NCBI GenBank assembly: GCA_018239895.1
Contig: JAFEGL010000003.1
Span: forward strand, 354,212-418,211
Source of the DNA: Verrucomicrobiota bacterium
GTDB lineage: Bacteria > Chlamydiota > Chlamydiia > Chlamydiales > SM23-39
Length of the DNA: 64,000 bases
Direction of reading: 5' to 3'
Shown piece by piece: positions 53,660 through 63,800 of this stretch. The position numbers and the translations under genes are program-made. The notes below the pieces were generated by a model that saw only the letters and a program-made list of their open reading frames with translations, was not told the origin of the DNA and made no database searches. Each line of letters starts with the position of its first letter. Within the stretch, counting starts at the first letter, position 1.

Positions 53660-54832
53660 TTAGAATTTGAATTGGGGTTTATTAGAGCGGTTTGGTGGGG
53701 GAGGCGAGTTTTTTGAGGGGGTTGTAGTTTTTTCCCAAGGCTCTTTAGATTTGGGTTGATTCCGGGCTTTTGTGATGTGTTTCGTGGAGTGAGCTTTGAC
53801 ATCGGCAGGGGTATTGGGTCTTGAAAGGAGCTCGCTATAGGCTTCGATTGCCTCTTCAAAATACCCCAAGAAGAAGGCGCTATCTGCGAATTGTAAAAGC
53901 ATCCCGTATTCGTAGATCCATGGATAAAAATCGGAATTCAAGGCGGTCGGCATCCTCATTGTTTTGCCGTGTTTTGAAATTAGATATGACAAGGAAAAGC
54001 ATTTCTGCTGGATGTAGTAGTTGGCCATTCTCTCCAGCGGTTCCCCTCTGTATTGGTTCATTTGATGGGCCTTGCAATAGTTCGGGATGAAAACCTGAGA
54101 GTCCATACCCATCGCTTCTTGCAGGCAAGCGAGTCTGAAAACAGTCCAAAAGGTCTCATCTTTATCTCCATCCATCGCCGCCCTTTTTTCATAGTATTTG
54201 AGAGCCAAAGGAAATTCTTTTGCGCTCGCGTAGGTCTGAGCTAGGTAGAAAACATGACGGCTATTCCAGGGTTCTTTTTTTAAAGCGGCTTCAAGAATTT
54301 CAGCATCTTTATAGAGTTTTTTTGGATCGCGAGAGCGGGCTCCATCTTGGTGTCTGTCTACGAAAACGCCGGAAAGAATCTCTCCGTCCATTTTCCTGTG
54401 ATGCATGATGCATTCATGTAAGACCCCAGTCCAGTGCCAACCTGAATCGTTGCTGACAATATTTGGGTGGAAAAAATCGGTAGTTCCTCCTTTAGCTTTG
54501 ATCATATAAAAGTCTTTATCCCAGGTCGATTTGTCGAATGGTTCACTGAGAACTAATCTTTCATCGGCATCAAAGAAAAACAGATAGTCGGCTTTTGTTC
54601 GGGCGGCCCTTAATGCTTCATTTCGGTTGTGTTCGAAATTAACCCAGGGGCTTTCGTGTAGTTCGCCAGGGATCTCTTTCAAACATTCTTTGATGATCTC
54701 TTGGGTTCCGTCGGTGGAGCCTGTGTCGAAGATCACCCAATAATCGATGATGGGCTTCACTGAGTCGAGGCATCTTTTTATTACATGGCTTTCGTTCTTA
54801 ACGATCATATTTAAACAGAGAGTCTTTTTCAT
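53660..54832 (-). CDS. Family-2 glycosyltransferase with a C-terminal TPR-like domain
   Basis: Track ORF (TTG at 54862) trimmed to ATG 54832 (MKKTLCLNMIVKNE..), which has GAGGA 4 nt upstream. Also has DTGSTDGT and FFFDADE (DxD). Confidence 0.8.
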   Translation of the reverse strand: MKKTLCLNMIVKNESHVIKRCLDSVKPIIDYWVIFDTGSTDGTQEIIKECLKEIPGELHESPWVNFEHNRNEALRAARTKADYLFFFDADERLVLSEPFDKSTWDKDFYMIKAKGGTTDFFHPNIVSNDSGWHWTGVLHECIMHHRKMDGEILSGVFVDRHQDGARSRDPKKLYKDAEILEAALKKEPWNSRHVFYLAQTYASAKEFPLALKYYEKRAAMDGDKDETFWTVFRLACLQEAMGMDSQVFIPNYCKAHQMNQYRGEPLERMANYYIQQKCFSLSYLISKHGKTMRMPTALNSDFYPWIYEYGMLLQFADSAFFLGYFEEAIEAYSELLSRPNTPADVKAHSTKHITKARNQPKSKEPWEKTTTPSKNSPPPPNRSNKPQFKF

Positions 54833-54994
54833 TATATCCTCAAAATTAGCTTTGATTTTCAAAGAATTATTAATTATAATTAGTTAATTGTTTTATTCAA
54901 TTTTATTTTGGAGCCTTTGCGACGCGACGAATGAAGGCTTGCTTGATTTTGCAGCAGCTTTTAGACTATAGGTCGTATAACAAGGGAGAATCCA

Positions 54995-55321
54995 ATGTCT
55001 GAGAAGGGACCGATCAAGCATTTGACCGACGGAAATTTTGAAAAGGAAATCGAAAGCGGAGTTGTTCTAGTCGATTTTCATGCAAATTGGTGTGGACCAT
55101 GCCGCATGCTAGCCCCTGTTCTAGAGCAAGTAGCGAAAGATATCAAAGGGAAGGCTACTATCGGGAAAGTAGATATCGATAGCGAGCAAAAAACTGCGTC
55201 TCATTTCCAAATCACTTCGGTTCCAACTATGATTCTTTTCAAAAATGGGAAGGAAGTCAACCGGTTGGTCGGCTTGAGAAATGCCGATGCAATTAAGGAT
55301 TTTATCCTCGCAGCGGTCTAA
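54995..55321 (+). CDS. trxA: Thioredoxin
   Basis: 108 aa. Active site WCGPC. Confidence 0.95.
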   Translation: MSEKGPIKHLTDGNFEKEIESGVVLVDFHANWCGPCRMLAPVLEQVAKDIKGKATIGKVDIDSEQKTASHFQITSVPTMILFKNGKEVNRLVGLRNADAIKDFILAAV

Positions 55322-55322
55322 G

Positions 55323-55547
55323 ATGGGGCGATTTTTAGCGCTGCTTCTTTTGTTTGTCGTTGCTGCAGGCTCTTTATTGCATAGGGAAGTCGATCTTCCC
55401 ACTTACGGCAGTTGGGTTGGCCAGCTGCCGGGAGATCTAATCCTCAAGAAGGGGAAGACGACGATTTTTCTCCCATTCACTTCGGCTTTTCTTGCAAGTG
55501 GAGCTGTGTCGCTATTTCTTTCGTTATTCAGACGGAAAGGCAATTAG
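55323..55547 (+). CDS. DUF2905-like small membrane protein
   Basis: Track ORF 55281..55547 trimmed to ATG 55323 (MGRFLALLLLFVVAAG..). The GQLPGDLILKKGKTTIFLPF block is typical of DUF2905. Confidence 0.6.
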   Translation: MGRFLALLLLFVVAAGSLLHREVDLPTYGSWVGQLPGDLILKKGKTTIFLPFTSAFLASGAVSLFLSLFRRKGN

Positions 55548-55986
55548 TGGGCCAGCCACTTTCGGAATAGATTTTTCCTTGAGAGATCGCTTTTAACGCG
55601 TCAGCGACATAGTCAACGGTGTTGTCCGGAAGGTTATCGGGAGAAAAGAATGCGAGTTTTTCGCATTTGTGCGGTTCCTTATTTTGGATTTCTCCTTCCC
55701 AACGGCGGCATTCGAAAAAGAGGTCGATGTTGTAGCGGTCGGAATACCGATGTAGGACATACACTGGTTTTAGTTCGAGAGGAATGATGCCGGCTTCTTC
55801 GGAGGCCTCGCGAATCATTCCAACGGTGCCCGATTCTCCCTCTTCGACATGACCCGAAACTAGGCCGTAATATCCGTCAAAATAGCCAGTATTTTTTCTT
55901 AAAAGAAATAGAATTTGATCTTCTTTCCGGAGAATCAAATAGGCGTTGACGCTTGTGGTTCCAGTCCGTTTCATAAATGACTCCAA
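55528..55986 (-). CDS. NUDIX hydrolase
   Basis: Nudix box GHVEEGESGTVGMIREASEEAGI. Confidence 0.85.
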   Translation of the reverse strand: MESFMKRTGTTSVNAYLILRKEDQILFLLRKNTGYFDGYYGLVSGHVEEGESGTVGMIREASEEAGIIPLELKPVYVLHRYSDRYNIDLFFECRRWEGEIQNKEPHKCEKLAFFSPDNLPDNTVDYVADALKAISQGKIYSESGWPTNCLSV

Positions 55987-56429
55987 TTGAAATTGATTTG
56001 CCTTAGACCTTCATATACGACGATGGCGGCGCTATTGGATAAGTTGAGGCATCTTTGTCCAGGGGCCATTGGAATTGTATAAAAGTTATCGCTCCAACGG
56101 TTCCAAAAAGGTGGTGGAAGTCCCGTTGTTTCCGATCCGAAAATTAGGAGGGAATCAGCTGTGAAGGGGGCTTCTGTATAGGATTTTTGGGTTTTGCTGG
56201 AAAAAAAGAAGAAGGGGGATTTCGTCTGTTCTAAATAGAGGTCCAGGTTGTCAATCTCTTCGACGGAGACCCCATCCCAGTAATCCAACCCCGCTCTTTT
56301 TAGCCATCGACTTTGGGTGCTGAATCCAAGTGGGCGAACGAGTATGAGGGAGGAACGAGTGGCAGCGCAAGTCCGTACAATGTTCCCAGTGTTTTGAGGA
56401 ATTTGCGGTTGAAAGAGGACGATTTTCAT
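55971..56429 (-). CDS. trmL: SpoU-family tRNA (cytidine/uridine-2'-O)-methyltransferase TrmL
   Basis: 152 aa. IVLFQPQIPQNTGNIVRTCAA, LIFGSETTGLP, NLSNSAAIVVYE. Confidence 0.85.
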   Translation of the reverse strand: MKIVLFQPQIPQNTGNIVRTCAATRSSLILVRPLGFSTQSRWLKRAGLDYWDGVSVEEIDNLDLYLEQTKSPFFFFSSKTQKSYTEAPFTADSLLIFGSETTGLPPPFWNRWSDNFYTIPMAPGQRCLNLSNSAAIVVYEGLRQINFNWSHL

Positions 56430-57151
56430 CGTGCTAGGGCAGATTCTTCTGGAGCCTCCTCCAAAACCTTAGGAAGGGAGTCTTCAACGTTGGAGGCAGC
56501 TTGAGCGTCGGCCGATGCGTCCGCTTTGATGACTTCAATGTCAAAAATCAAAAGGGCGTTTGGCAAGAGGTGTCCCTGTTTTCCATACCCGAGATCGGGA
56601 TGAAGAAATAGGGTCCGTATTTCACCCTCTTTCATCCCTACGAGACCTTTGCTCAATCCTGGGATCGCCTCATCAAGAGAGATCAGCTCTTCATCGGTTA
56701 CAGCTCCAAAGATCTGCCCATCAAGGTAGCGGGCTGTGTATCGGATGATGGGGGAGTTGTAAGATTGAACGGATTGCCCATCGCCCCTTTTCAAGATCTT
56801 ATATTGGAGCTTCCCATTTTCTAGGGAAACAACGTTTTCTTCCTGGGCATTTTTTGAGAGGAATTCGTCGGCTTCTTGCCTGTTTTTTTCTGCGGCTGCA
56901 GAAAAACTCTCTTCTTGAAGGGCGGCGATTGCCTGGACGCACTCATCTTCATTCATGGGAGGGCGTTTCCCTTCGGAGGCATCTTTGAGTCCCTTGACAA
57001 TTGCTTGGATATCTAGATCGAGGCCGAGAGCTTGGAGATTTTTCCCGATCAAATGGCCCATCGCTTCCGAGATTTTGGCCACGTCGCGCTCATTATCGTC
57101 TGCGGAGCAGACCATGGCGGCAGATAAAAAAAGAGGAAGTAAATATTTCAT
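56426..57151 (-). CDS. mip: FKBP-type peptidyl-prolyl isomerase, Mip-like
   Basis: 241 aa. Signal peptide, Mip N-terminal dimerisation helix region, FKBP domain (YTARYLDGQIF...GMKEGEIRTLFLHPDLGYG). Confidence 0.85.
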   Translation of the reverse strand: MKYLLPLFLSAAMVCSADDNERDVAKISEAMGHLIGKNLQALGLDLDIQAIVKGLKDASEGKRPPMNEDECVQAIAALQEESFSAAAEKNRQEADEFLSKNAQEENVVSLENGKLQYKILKRGDGQSVQSYNSPIIRYTARYLDGQIFGAVTDEELISLDEAIPGLSKGLVGMKEGEIRTLFLHPDLGYGKQGHLLPNALLIFDIEVIKADASADAQAASNVEDSLPKVLEEAPEESALAR

Positions 57152-58431
57152 ACGACCAATCCTTGGAGATGGTTCAAGAGTTGCTCGAGGTTAGCTTCTG
57201 AAGTTTGTCGGCTCTCGAGATGTTTTAATTGTAGGCGCCCTGATTTAAGCTCGTCGGATCCCACGATTGCGCAATAGACCGCATCGGCTTTGGTGGCATT
57301 TTGGAGGCCTGTCTGGACTTTTTTAGATTGGAGATCCACCTCAGCCGCTATTTTGTTGTGTCTACACTGGGTTGCGAGTAGGAAACATTTGGTTCTCGCT
57401 TCGTCGCCGAGAGGGATGAAGTAGATCAGGGGGCGAGCTTTTTTTCCGACAGGCGATTTTTGTGAGAGCATCACTTGGAGAACTCGCTCGAGTCCGGTCG
57501 CAAAACCGATGCCAGGAAGATCGGGTCCGCCAAGTGTCGCGAGGAGGCCGTCGTATCTTCCGCCGGCTCCGATCGTATTTTGGGCGCCTAGATCTTCCGT
57601 CGTAACTTCGAATACCGTTTTATTGTAATAGTCGAGGCCCCGGACGATCCGATCGTCGATTTCATAGGGGACTTCGATCTGGTCGAGGAGGCGGCATACT
57701 TCTTGGAAATGGCGCTGCGATGCGGGATTTAAATGAGAGAGGATGGAGGGGGCCTCTAAAACAAGCTGCTTGTCTTCAGGGGCTTTCGAATCGAGGATTC
57801 TCAAGGGGTTTTTTTCTAATCGAATTTTACTGTCGGCTGAAAGTTGCTCGAAGTGGGGTTTGAAATAATCAATCAGAGCCGTCCGGTATAGATCTCTCGA
57901 TTCGGAGTCTCCTACTGTGTTGAGCCTGACTTTGAGATTTTTGAGCCCAAGCCGCCGATAGATTTGGCAGAGGAGATCGATGACTTCGGCGTCTTGTTCT
58001 GGGCCTGCGGCTCCTATCGCCTCGACGTCAAACTGGTGGAACTGTCTGTAACGCCCAGATTGAGGTCTTTCGTAACGGAACATCGGACCTAAGCAGAAAA
58101 GTTTATGGATTGAACCGGCTTGGGCGAGATTGTGTTCTATGAACGATCTCATGACCGAAGCGGTTGCCTCGGGCCTGAGCGAAATCGATCGTCCGCCCTT
58201 GTCATCGAAGGTAAACATCTCTTTCGAGACAATATCCGAGGTTTCCCCGACTCCGCGGTCGAACAGTTCTGTCCGCTCGTAGATAGGCGTTCGGATCTCC
58301 TTATAGCCATATTCGCGAGCTGTTTCGCAAATGACGGCTTCCACGGATTGCCAAAGATCAGATTGTTGCCAGGGTTCTTCGGCGCAGTACGGAAGGATAT
58401 CGAATGTCCCTTTAGGAATTTGAATTTTCAT
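57148..58431 (-). CDS. hisS: Histidyl-tRNA synthetase
   Basis: 427 aa. Class II motifs (FRYERPQSGRYRQF, GAGGRYDGL). C-terminal anticodon-binding domain. Confidence 0.95.
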   Translation of the reverse strand: MKIQIPKGTFDILPYCAEEPWQQSDLWQSVEAVICETAREYGYKEIRTPIYERTELFDRGVGETSDIVSKEMFTFDDKGGRSISLRPEATASVMRSFIEHNLAQAGSIHKLFCLGPMFRYERPQSGRYRQFHQFDVEAIGAAGPEQDAEVIDLLCQIYRRLGLKNLKVRLNTVGDSESRDLYRTALIDYFKPHFEQLSADSKIRLEKNPLRILDSKAPEDKQLVLEAPSILSHLNPASQRHFQEVCRLLDQIEVPYEIDDRIVRGLDYYNKTVFEVTTEDLGAQNTIGAGGRYDGLLATLGGPDLPGIGFATGLERVLQVMLSQKSPVGKKARPLIYFIPLGDEARTKCFLLATQCRHNKIAAEVDLQSKKVQTGLQNATKADAVYCAIVGSDELKSGRLQLKHLESRQTSEANLEQLLNHLQGLVV

Positions 58432-58466
58432 AGACTTATTGTAAACGTCTTTGAAAATTAGAGCAA

Positions 58467-59072
58467 TTACTCTTGGTTTAATTCGGCAAGAAGATCCTCA
58501 ATGGAACTTGACCAGCGTGTAAGTGCGCTGGTTTTCGGGTGAGATTGGTGGTCTTTATAAATTTTTTGGATCAATTCCATGTAGGGAAAGGGGAGCCATT
58601 GTTGGCCGGCATATTCGGTCAAATAATAACCGAGTGTATGTTCTTGGCGCTCTGGATAGTGTTGTATTTCTTTGATGAACTCATGAAATTTTTTAGATTG
58701 GGGCGAGGTTCTTCCAAATCCTAGCTGATCGTCTAAAATATCATGCCAGATGGATGAAAGTTCATTTAAGAAAGGGGAGTCCTGGCTCCGATCGTCTATT
58801 TTCATTATTTCCAGCATTGCTTTGAGTTGTTTTAGATGATCGAGAACCGTTTCTTTGTTTACTACTGATGGGTTCTGTTCCGTTTCTTCAAATATTTGAA
58901 TGAATTTTCGGAAGAGTTGGAGAAAATAGGCGCCGAGCATCGATTTTTTTTCCGGCTCGGGCTCTTTTTTTTCGTGCTGTTCCTTCGCCTCTCGATCTTT
59001 TTGGATCTCTTCGACTTTGTACTTATAAGGGTCTTGAGGCTCGTCGCCAACGGGCCGTCCGACAGAATCCAT
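58467..59072 (-). CDS. Hypothetical protein (charged N-terminus, helical)
   Basis: 201-aa ORF between hisS and uhpC. No family recognised. Confidence 0.55.
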   Translation of the reverse strand: MDSVGRPVGDEPQDPYKYKVEEIQKDREAKEQHEKKEPEPEKKSMLGAYFLQLFRKFIQIFEETEQNPSVVNKETVLDHLKQLKAMLEIMKIDDRSQDSPFLNELSSIWHDILDDQLGFGRTSPQSKKFHEFIKEIQHYPERQEHTLGYYLTEYAGQQWLPFPYMELIQKIYKDHQSHPKTSALTRWSSSIEDLLAELNQE

Positions 59073-59291
59073 GAATGTCCTGCTTTAAAATTTTCACTTT
59101 ATGAAAAAAAGCAATTCGATTAAAGAAGGAACAGAGTCAATTATCGTATTTTCTGGAATAGAAGAAGTTACGCATCGACTCTGTAAAGATAATATTAATA
59201 ACCTGCTTTCCGGACAGTCCGTTAAAACCCTTGACATAAGGTCGCAAGTAGTTTTAGGCTTGTCCCGTTTGCCTGAAATGGAGAACGTTGT

Positions 59292-60647
59292 GTGAGTGTT
59301 TTAGATTTTTTAAGACCCGCTCCTTACATCGAAGAGATTCAAGACGAAGGCCTTGTAAAAAAAAATTACAAATATTGGCGCCTGAGAACGTTCTATGCGA
59401 TGTATGTGGGCTACGCGTTTTATTACTTTACACGCAAAAGTTTTACCTTTGCACTGCCAGCTCTACAGAATGATTTAGGTCTCGATAAATTTGAGCTAGG
59501 ACTCTTGGGCACTGTCCTAAGTCTTTCTTACGGCGCCAGTAAATTCCTAAGTGGAATTTTAGGCGATAAATCGAACCCTCGCTATTTCATGTCGATCGGC
59601 TTGATTTTGACGGGGATTTTTAACCTTCTCTTCGGACTCTCATCCGTTTGGTGGGCCTTTGCGATTTTTTGGGGCTTAAATGGTTGGTTTCAAGGTTGGG
59701 GCTGGCCTGGCTGCGCCAAATTATTGACCCACTGGTATTCTCATTCTGAGAGGGGGCGTTGGTGGAGCATTTGGAATACTTCTCATAATCTCGGCGGAGC
59801 TTTGATCCCGATTTTAGCGGCGGCTTGTGCCTTCCACTTTGGTTGGCGCTATGCTCTCTTTGTCCCGGGGATCATGTGCATTGTTGTCGGTTTTTTCTTG
59901 ATGAACAGGTTGCGCGATACTCCCCAGTCTCTCGGTTTGCCTCCGATTGAAAAATTTCGGAGCGACTATACCGATGTCCAGAGTAAGCATAAAGACAAGG
60001 TGGCTCTGTCTGCTAAGGAAATTCTTTGGGAATACGTCTTGACGAACAAATATATCTGGGTCTTAGCGTTTTCGTATTTCTTCGTCTATATCATTCGGAC
60101 TGCGATCAACGACTGGAGCATGTTCTATCTTGTCGAGGTAAAAAATTATACAATGATTGAAGCGGGAATATGCGTCAGTTGGTTTGAGATCGGCGGCTTT
60201 TTCGGCAGCTTGGCGGCTGGGTGGTCATCGGATATTGTATTCCGAGGGAAAAGAGTTCCAGTGATCGTCCTATTCAGCGTCTCTATTTTAGCCTTGATCG
60301 CGGGCTTTAGGGCCGTAGATATGGCCTGGCCTCTGTTGGATGCTATTTTCCTGTTCTTGTTCGGCTTCTTTATTTTCGGCCCCCAGATGTTGATCGGGAT
60401 GGTGCCCGCAGAGCTTTCGCATAAAAAAGCGGCCGCCACAGCGACTGGCTTTGTCGGCTGTTTCGCTTATCTTGGCGCCGCAGTCGCGGGGGGGCCTCTT
60501 GGAGCCATCACAAAACAGTGGGGATGGGACACCTTCTTGCTCATCTTGATTGGCTGCGCGTTCATTTCTTCTTTGCTGATGGCGCCTCTTTGGGCTCTTA
60601 AGTCGAATCCTAATCAAAGAACTATCGACGAAGAAGCGAAAACTTAG
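59292..60647 (+). CDS. uhpC: Hexose-phosphate transporter UhpC (MFS, organophosphate:Pi antiporter family)
   Basis: 451 aa, 12 TM. N-terminus ..YKYWRLRTFYAMYVGYAFYYFTRKSF is typical of UhpC/GlpT. GTG start with GGAGAA upstream. Confidence 0.9.
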   Translation: MSVLDFLRPAPYIEEIQDEGLVKKNYKYWRLRTFYAMYVGYAFYYFTRKSFTFALPALQNDLGLDKFELGLLGTVLSLSYGASKFLSGILGDKSNPRYFMSIGLILTGIFNLLFGLSSVWWAFAIFWGLNGWFQGWGWPGCAKLLTHWYSHSERGRWWSIWNTSHNLGGALIPILAAACAFHFGWRYALFVPGIMCIVVGFFLMNRLRDTPQSLGLPPIEKFRSDYTDVQSKHKDKVALSAKEILWEYVLTNKYIWVLAFSYFFVYIIRTAINDWSMFYLVEVKNYTMIEAGICVSWFEIGGFFGSLAAGWSSDIVFRGKRVPVIVLFSVSILALIAGFRAVDMAWPLLDAIFLFLFGFFIFGPQMLIGMVPAELSHKKAAATATGFVGCFAYLGAAVAGGPLGAITKQWGWDTFLLILIGCAFISSLLMAPLWALKSNPNQRTIDEEAKT

Positions 60648-60662
60648 AATTTTTGTTTCCTT

Positions 60663-60684
60663 GGGCTCCCTATGAAGGGGGCCC
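60663..60684 (+). terminator. Hairpin terminator after uhpC
   Basis: GGGCTCCC-TATGAA-GGGGGCCC (8 bp including one G-U), 16 nt after the stop, followed by TATTCTTCC. Confidence 0.5.
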
Positions 60685-60808
60685 TATTCTTCCGCAAAAA
60701 ACTGGACCAGCTCTAGAAAGTCTCGATCTTTTTTAAACATTTAAGTAAAATCTTGTTGCGAAAATTTAGGGGGATATTGAAAAGTTCTTGGCCGATAAGG
60801 AAGAGCTG

Positions 60809-60880
60809 ATGTTGCATTTTTCCCAACAACAAATTGAACCGGCATGTATACTCCATAGGTATAATACAAAATGGTTATGA
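60809..60880 (+). CDS. Candidate 23-aa upstream ORF coupled to dnaE (MLHFSQQQIEPACILHRYNTKWL)
   Basis: AGGAAG SD lies 5 nt before ATG 60809. Its TGA stop (60878..60880) overlaps the dnaE ATG (60877..60879) as ATGA. dnaE has no SD of its own. Confidence 0.3.
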   Translation: MLHFSQQQIEPACILHRYNTKWL

Positions 60881-63800
60881 CCTGGATCCCACTTAACGTA
60901 CACTCGCAGTATTCGATCCTCGATTCAACTGCATCGGTGACGGCTCTCGCTGAAAAAGCGAAGAGTTACGGGCTCTCTTCTCTCGCTTTGACAGACGAGG
61001 GAAATCTCTATGGAGCCGTCGATTTTTACAAGGCATGCAAGGCCGCTGGGATCAAACCCATTATGGGGTGTGAACTCTGGGTTGCCCCCTTATCTCGACT
61101 CGAGAAAAAGCGGGTGCCAGGGCAGCCGAACGGTTTCCCAGTAGTTCTCCTTGCGAAGACGAATAAAGGGTATCAAAATCTCTGCAAACTCTCATCGATG
61201 GCATTTTTAGAGGGGTTCTATTACCAGCCCCGCATCGATAAAGAAATTCTATCAGCTTACAAAGAAGATCTGATTTGCCTTTCGGGGCCTTTGCGAGGCC
61301 GAATCCCTCATCTTATTCTCCAAGGGGCCGAAAAAGAACTCATGGCCGAAATCGCCTGGTGCCAAGAAAAATTTGGCGAAGATTTTTATTTTGAGCTGCA
61401 GCGCCATCCCATGGACGAAGCTCAAATCACTGCCGATGGAATGGAGACTGAAAATTGGCTCGTGCAGAAATATCGGGACCATGTCTCGGCGCAAAACAGG
61501 GTGAACGATCGGCTGATTGCCCTCTCCAAGCAGATGGGCATCCGCTGTGTAGCCACGAACGACATTCACTACATTGAAAGAGACGATTGGCGCGCCCACG
61601 AGATTTTGCTGAATATCCAGTCGGGGGAGCCATGTGAAATTTGGGAGCGAGATTCGAGAGGCATCCCTAAAAATAAAGCACCTAATCCCAAGCGAGAAAC
61701 TGTAGCAAGCCACGAGCTCTATTTCAAGTCGCCCGAGCAGATGCAAAAATTATTTGCTGATGTTCCCGAAGCAATCGAAGAAACGGTTAAAATCGCAGAG
61801 AAATGCAAAGTCGAAATCGATTTCAAGACCAAACATTATCCTGTTTTCGTTGCTCCAGGATTGGAAGATAAAAATTATTCGAAAGAAGAGCGGCTCAAAT
61901 CAGCTGAGCAATTTCTCTATAAGTTAGGACAGGAAGGGATCAAAACTCGATACACTCCTGAAAAACTAGAGCAGGTCAAAAAAGTTTATCCCGATCGCGA
62001 TCCGATGCAGGTTGTCCGCGATCGATTTGAATATGAATTCAATCTCCTTACATCGAAGGGGATGAGCGACTACATGCTCATCGTGTACGACTTCATTGAT
62101 TGGGCGAAACGGCGCAAGATTCCGATGGGCCCTGGGCGGGGATCGGCAGCAGGATCGATCATCGCTTATCTCATCGGCATCACCGATATCGAACCCCTTC
62201 GCTTCCACCTTTTCTTTGAACGTTTTATCAACCCTGAGCGCGTCTCTTATCCCGATATCGACGTCGACATCTGCATGGACCGGCGCCAGGAAGTGATCGA
62301 TTATACGGTTGCGAAGTATGGCAAGGACAGAGTCGCTCAGATCATCACCTTTGGAACCATGAAAGCCAAGATGGCGATCAAAGATGTAGGCCGGGTTCTC
62401 AACGTTCCTCTTTCCAAAGTTAACGAGATTGCGGCGCTTGTTCCGGAAGATCCCAACATGACGCTGGAAAAAGCCTTCCAGATGGATCCAGAGCTCAGCC
62501 GGTTGATGGAGAGCGACGAAGAGGCGAAGCGCGTTCTCGAAATGGCCAAAAAAACCGAAGGATCAATCAGGAATACCAGCACTCACGCAGCCGGTTTGAT
62601 CATTTCAGGCGGAGCGATTACCGATTACATCCCTGTCTGCACGGCCAAAGATTCAGAAATGGTCGTTACCCAATTTGCGATGAAGCCTGTCGAAAGCGTC
62701 GGCATGCTAAAAATCGACTTTTTGGGCTTGAAGACCCTGACCTCGATTCAAAAATGTGTCGACGCCATCTCCAAAAATACGGGCCGATTCATCGACTGGC
62801 CCAACCTTCCGCTCGACGACAAACCGACATTTGACTTGCTCAATCAAGGAAGGACGATGGGCGTGTTCCAGCTCGAATCGGGCGGAATGCAGGACTTGGC
62901 GAGACAGCTCCATATCGACATGTTTGAAGAGATCATCGCCGTTGGCGCTCTGTACCGTCCAGGTCCGATGGATATGATCCCCTCGTTCATCAACCGAAAG
63001 CATGGGCGCGAAGAGATCGAGATCGATCATCCGCTGATCCGGGAAATCCTCTCCGAAACCTACGGAGTCATGGTCTACCAAGAGCAGGTCATGCAGATCG
63101 CCAGCGTTCTCGCCGGCTATTCCCTCGGCGAAGGCGACGTCTTGCGGCGAGCCATGGGGAAAAAAGATAAGGAAGAGATGGCCCGCCAGCGAGAAAAATT
63201 TCTCGGCGGCGCCTTGGCTCGGGGCATTGAAGGGGAAACTGCAGGCCGGATTTTCGATAAAATCGAAAAATTTGCCTCTTACGGCTTCAACAAATCGCAC
63301 GCGGCTGCCTACGCCTACCTCTCTTATGTCACTGCCTATCTAAAAGCCAACTACCCTAAAGAGTGGATGGCGGCCCTCATGACTTGCGACCGCGACGACA
63401 CAACAAAAGTTGCCAAGTTCATCCGCGAAGCCCGCTCGATGCACATCGAAGTCCTTCCTCCGGATGTGAATCAAGCCGATAGTGAATTTGTCGCCACAGC
63501 AGACGGCATCCGATTTGCCATGTCGGGCATCAAAGGAGTCGGCCAAGCTGTCGTTGACATGATCATCGAAGAGAGAACAAAGAACGGCCCCTTCGACAGC
63601 CTTTATGGATTCATTCAGCGAGTCGACAAAACTCGGATCGGGAAAAAAGTCATCGAAATTTTGATCCAAGCCGGATGCTTCGATTTCACCGGCTGGACTC
63701 GCGATGAAATGAGAGAGAGCGTCGAAGCGATGTTCGATCGAGCCGCGCGCGATCAGAAAGAGGCCTCGCTCGGCGTATTGAACCTCTTTTCCCTCATCGA

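Noticed and set aside
59101-59295. 64-aa plus-strand ORF upstream of uhpC
   Set aside because: It has no SD and no recognisable features, and it lies in the AT-rich promoter region of uhpC. It is more likely non-coding leader or promoter.
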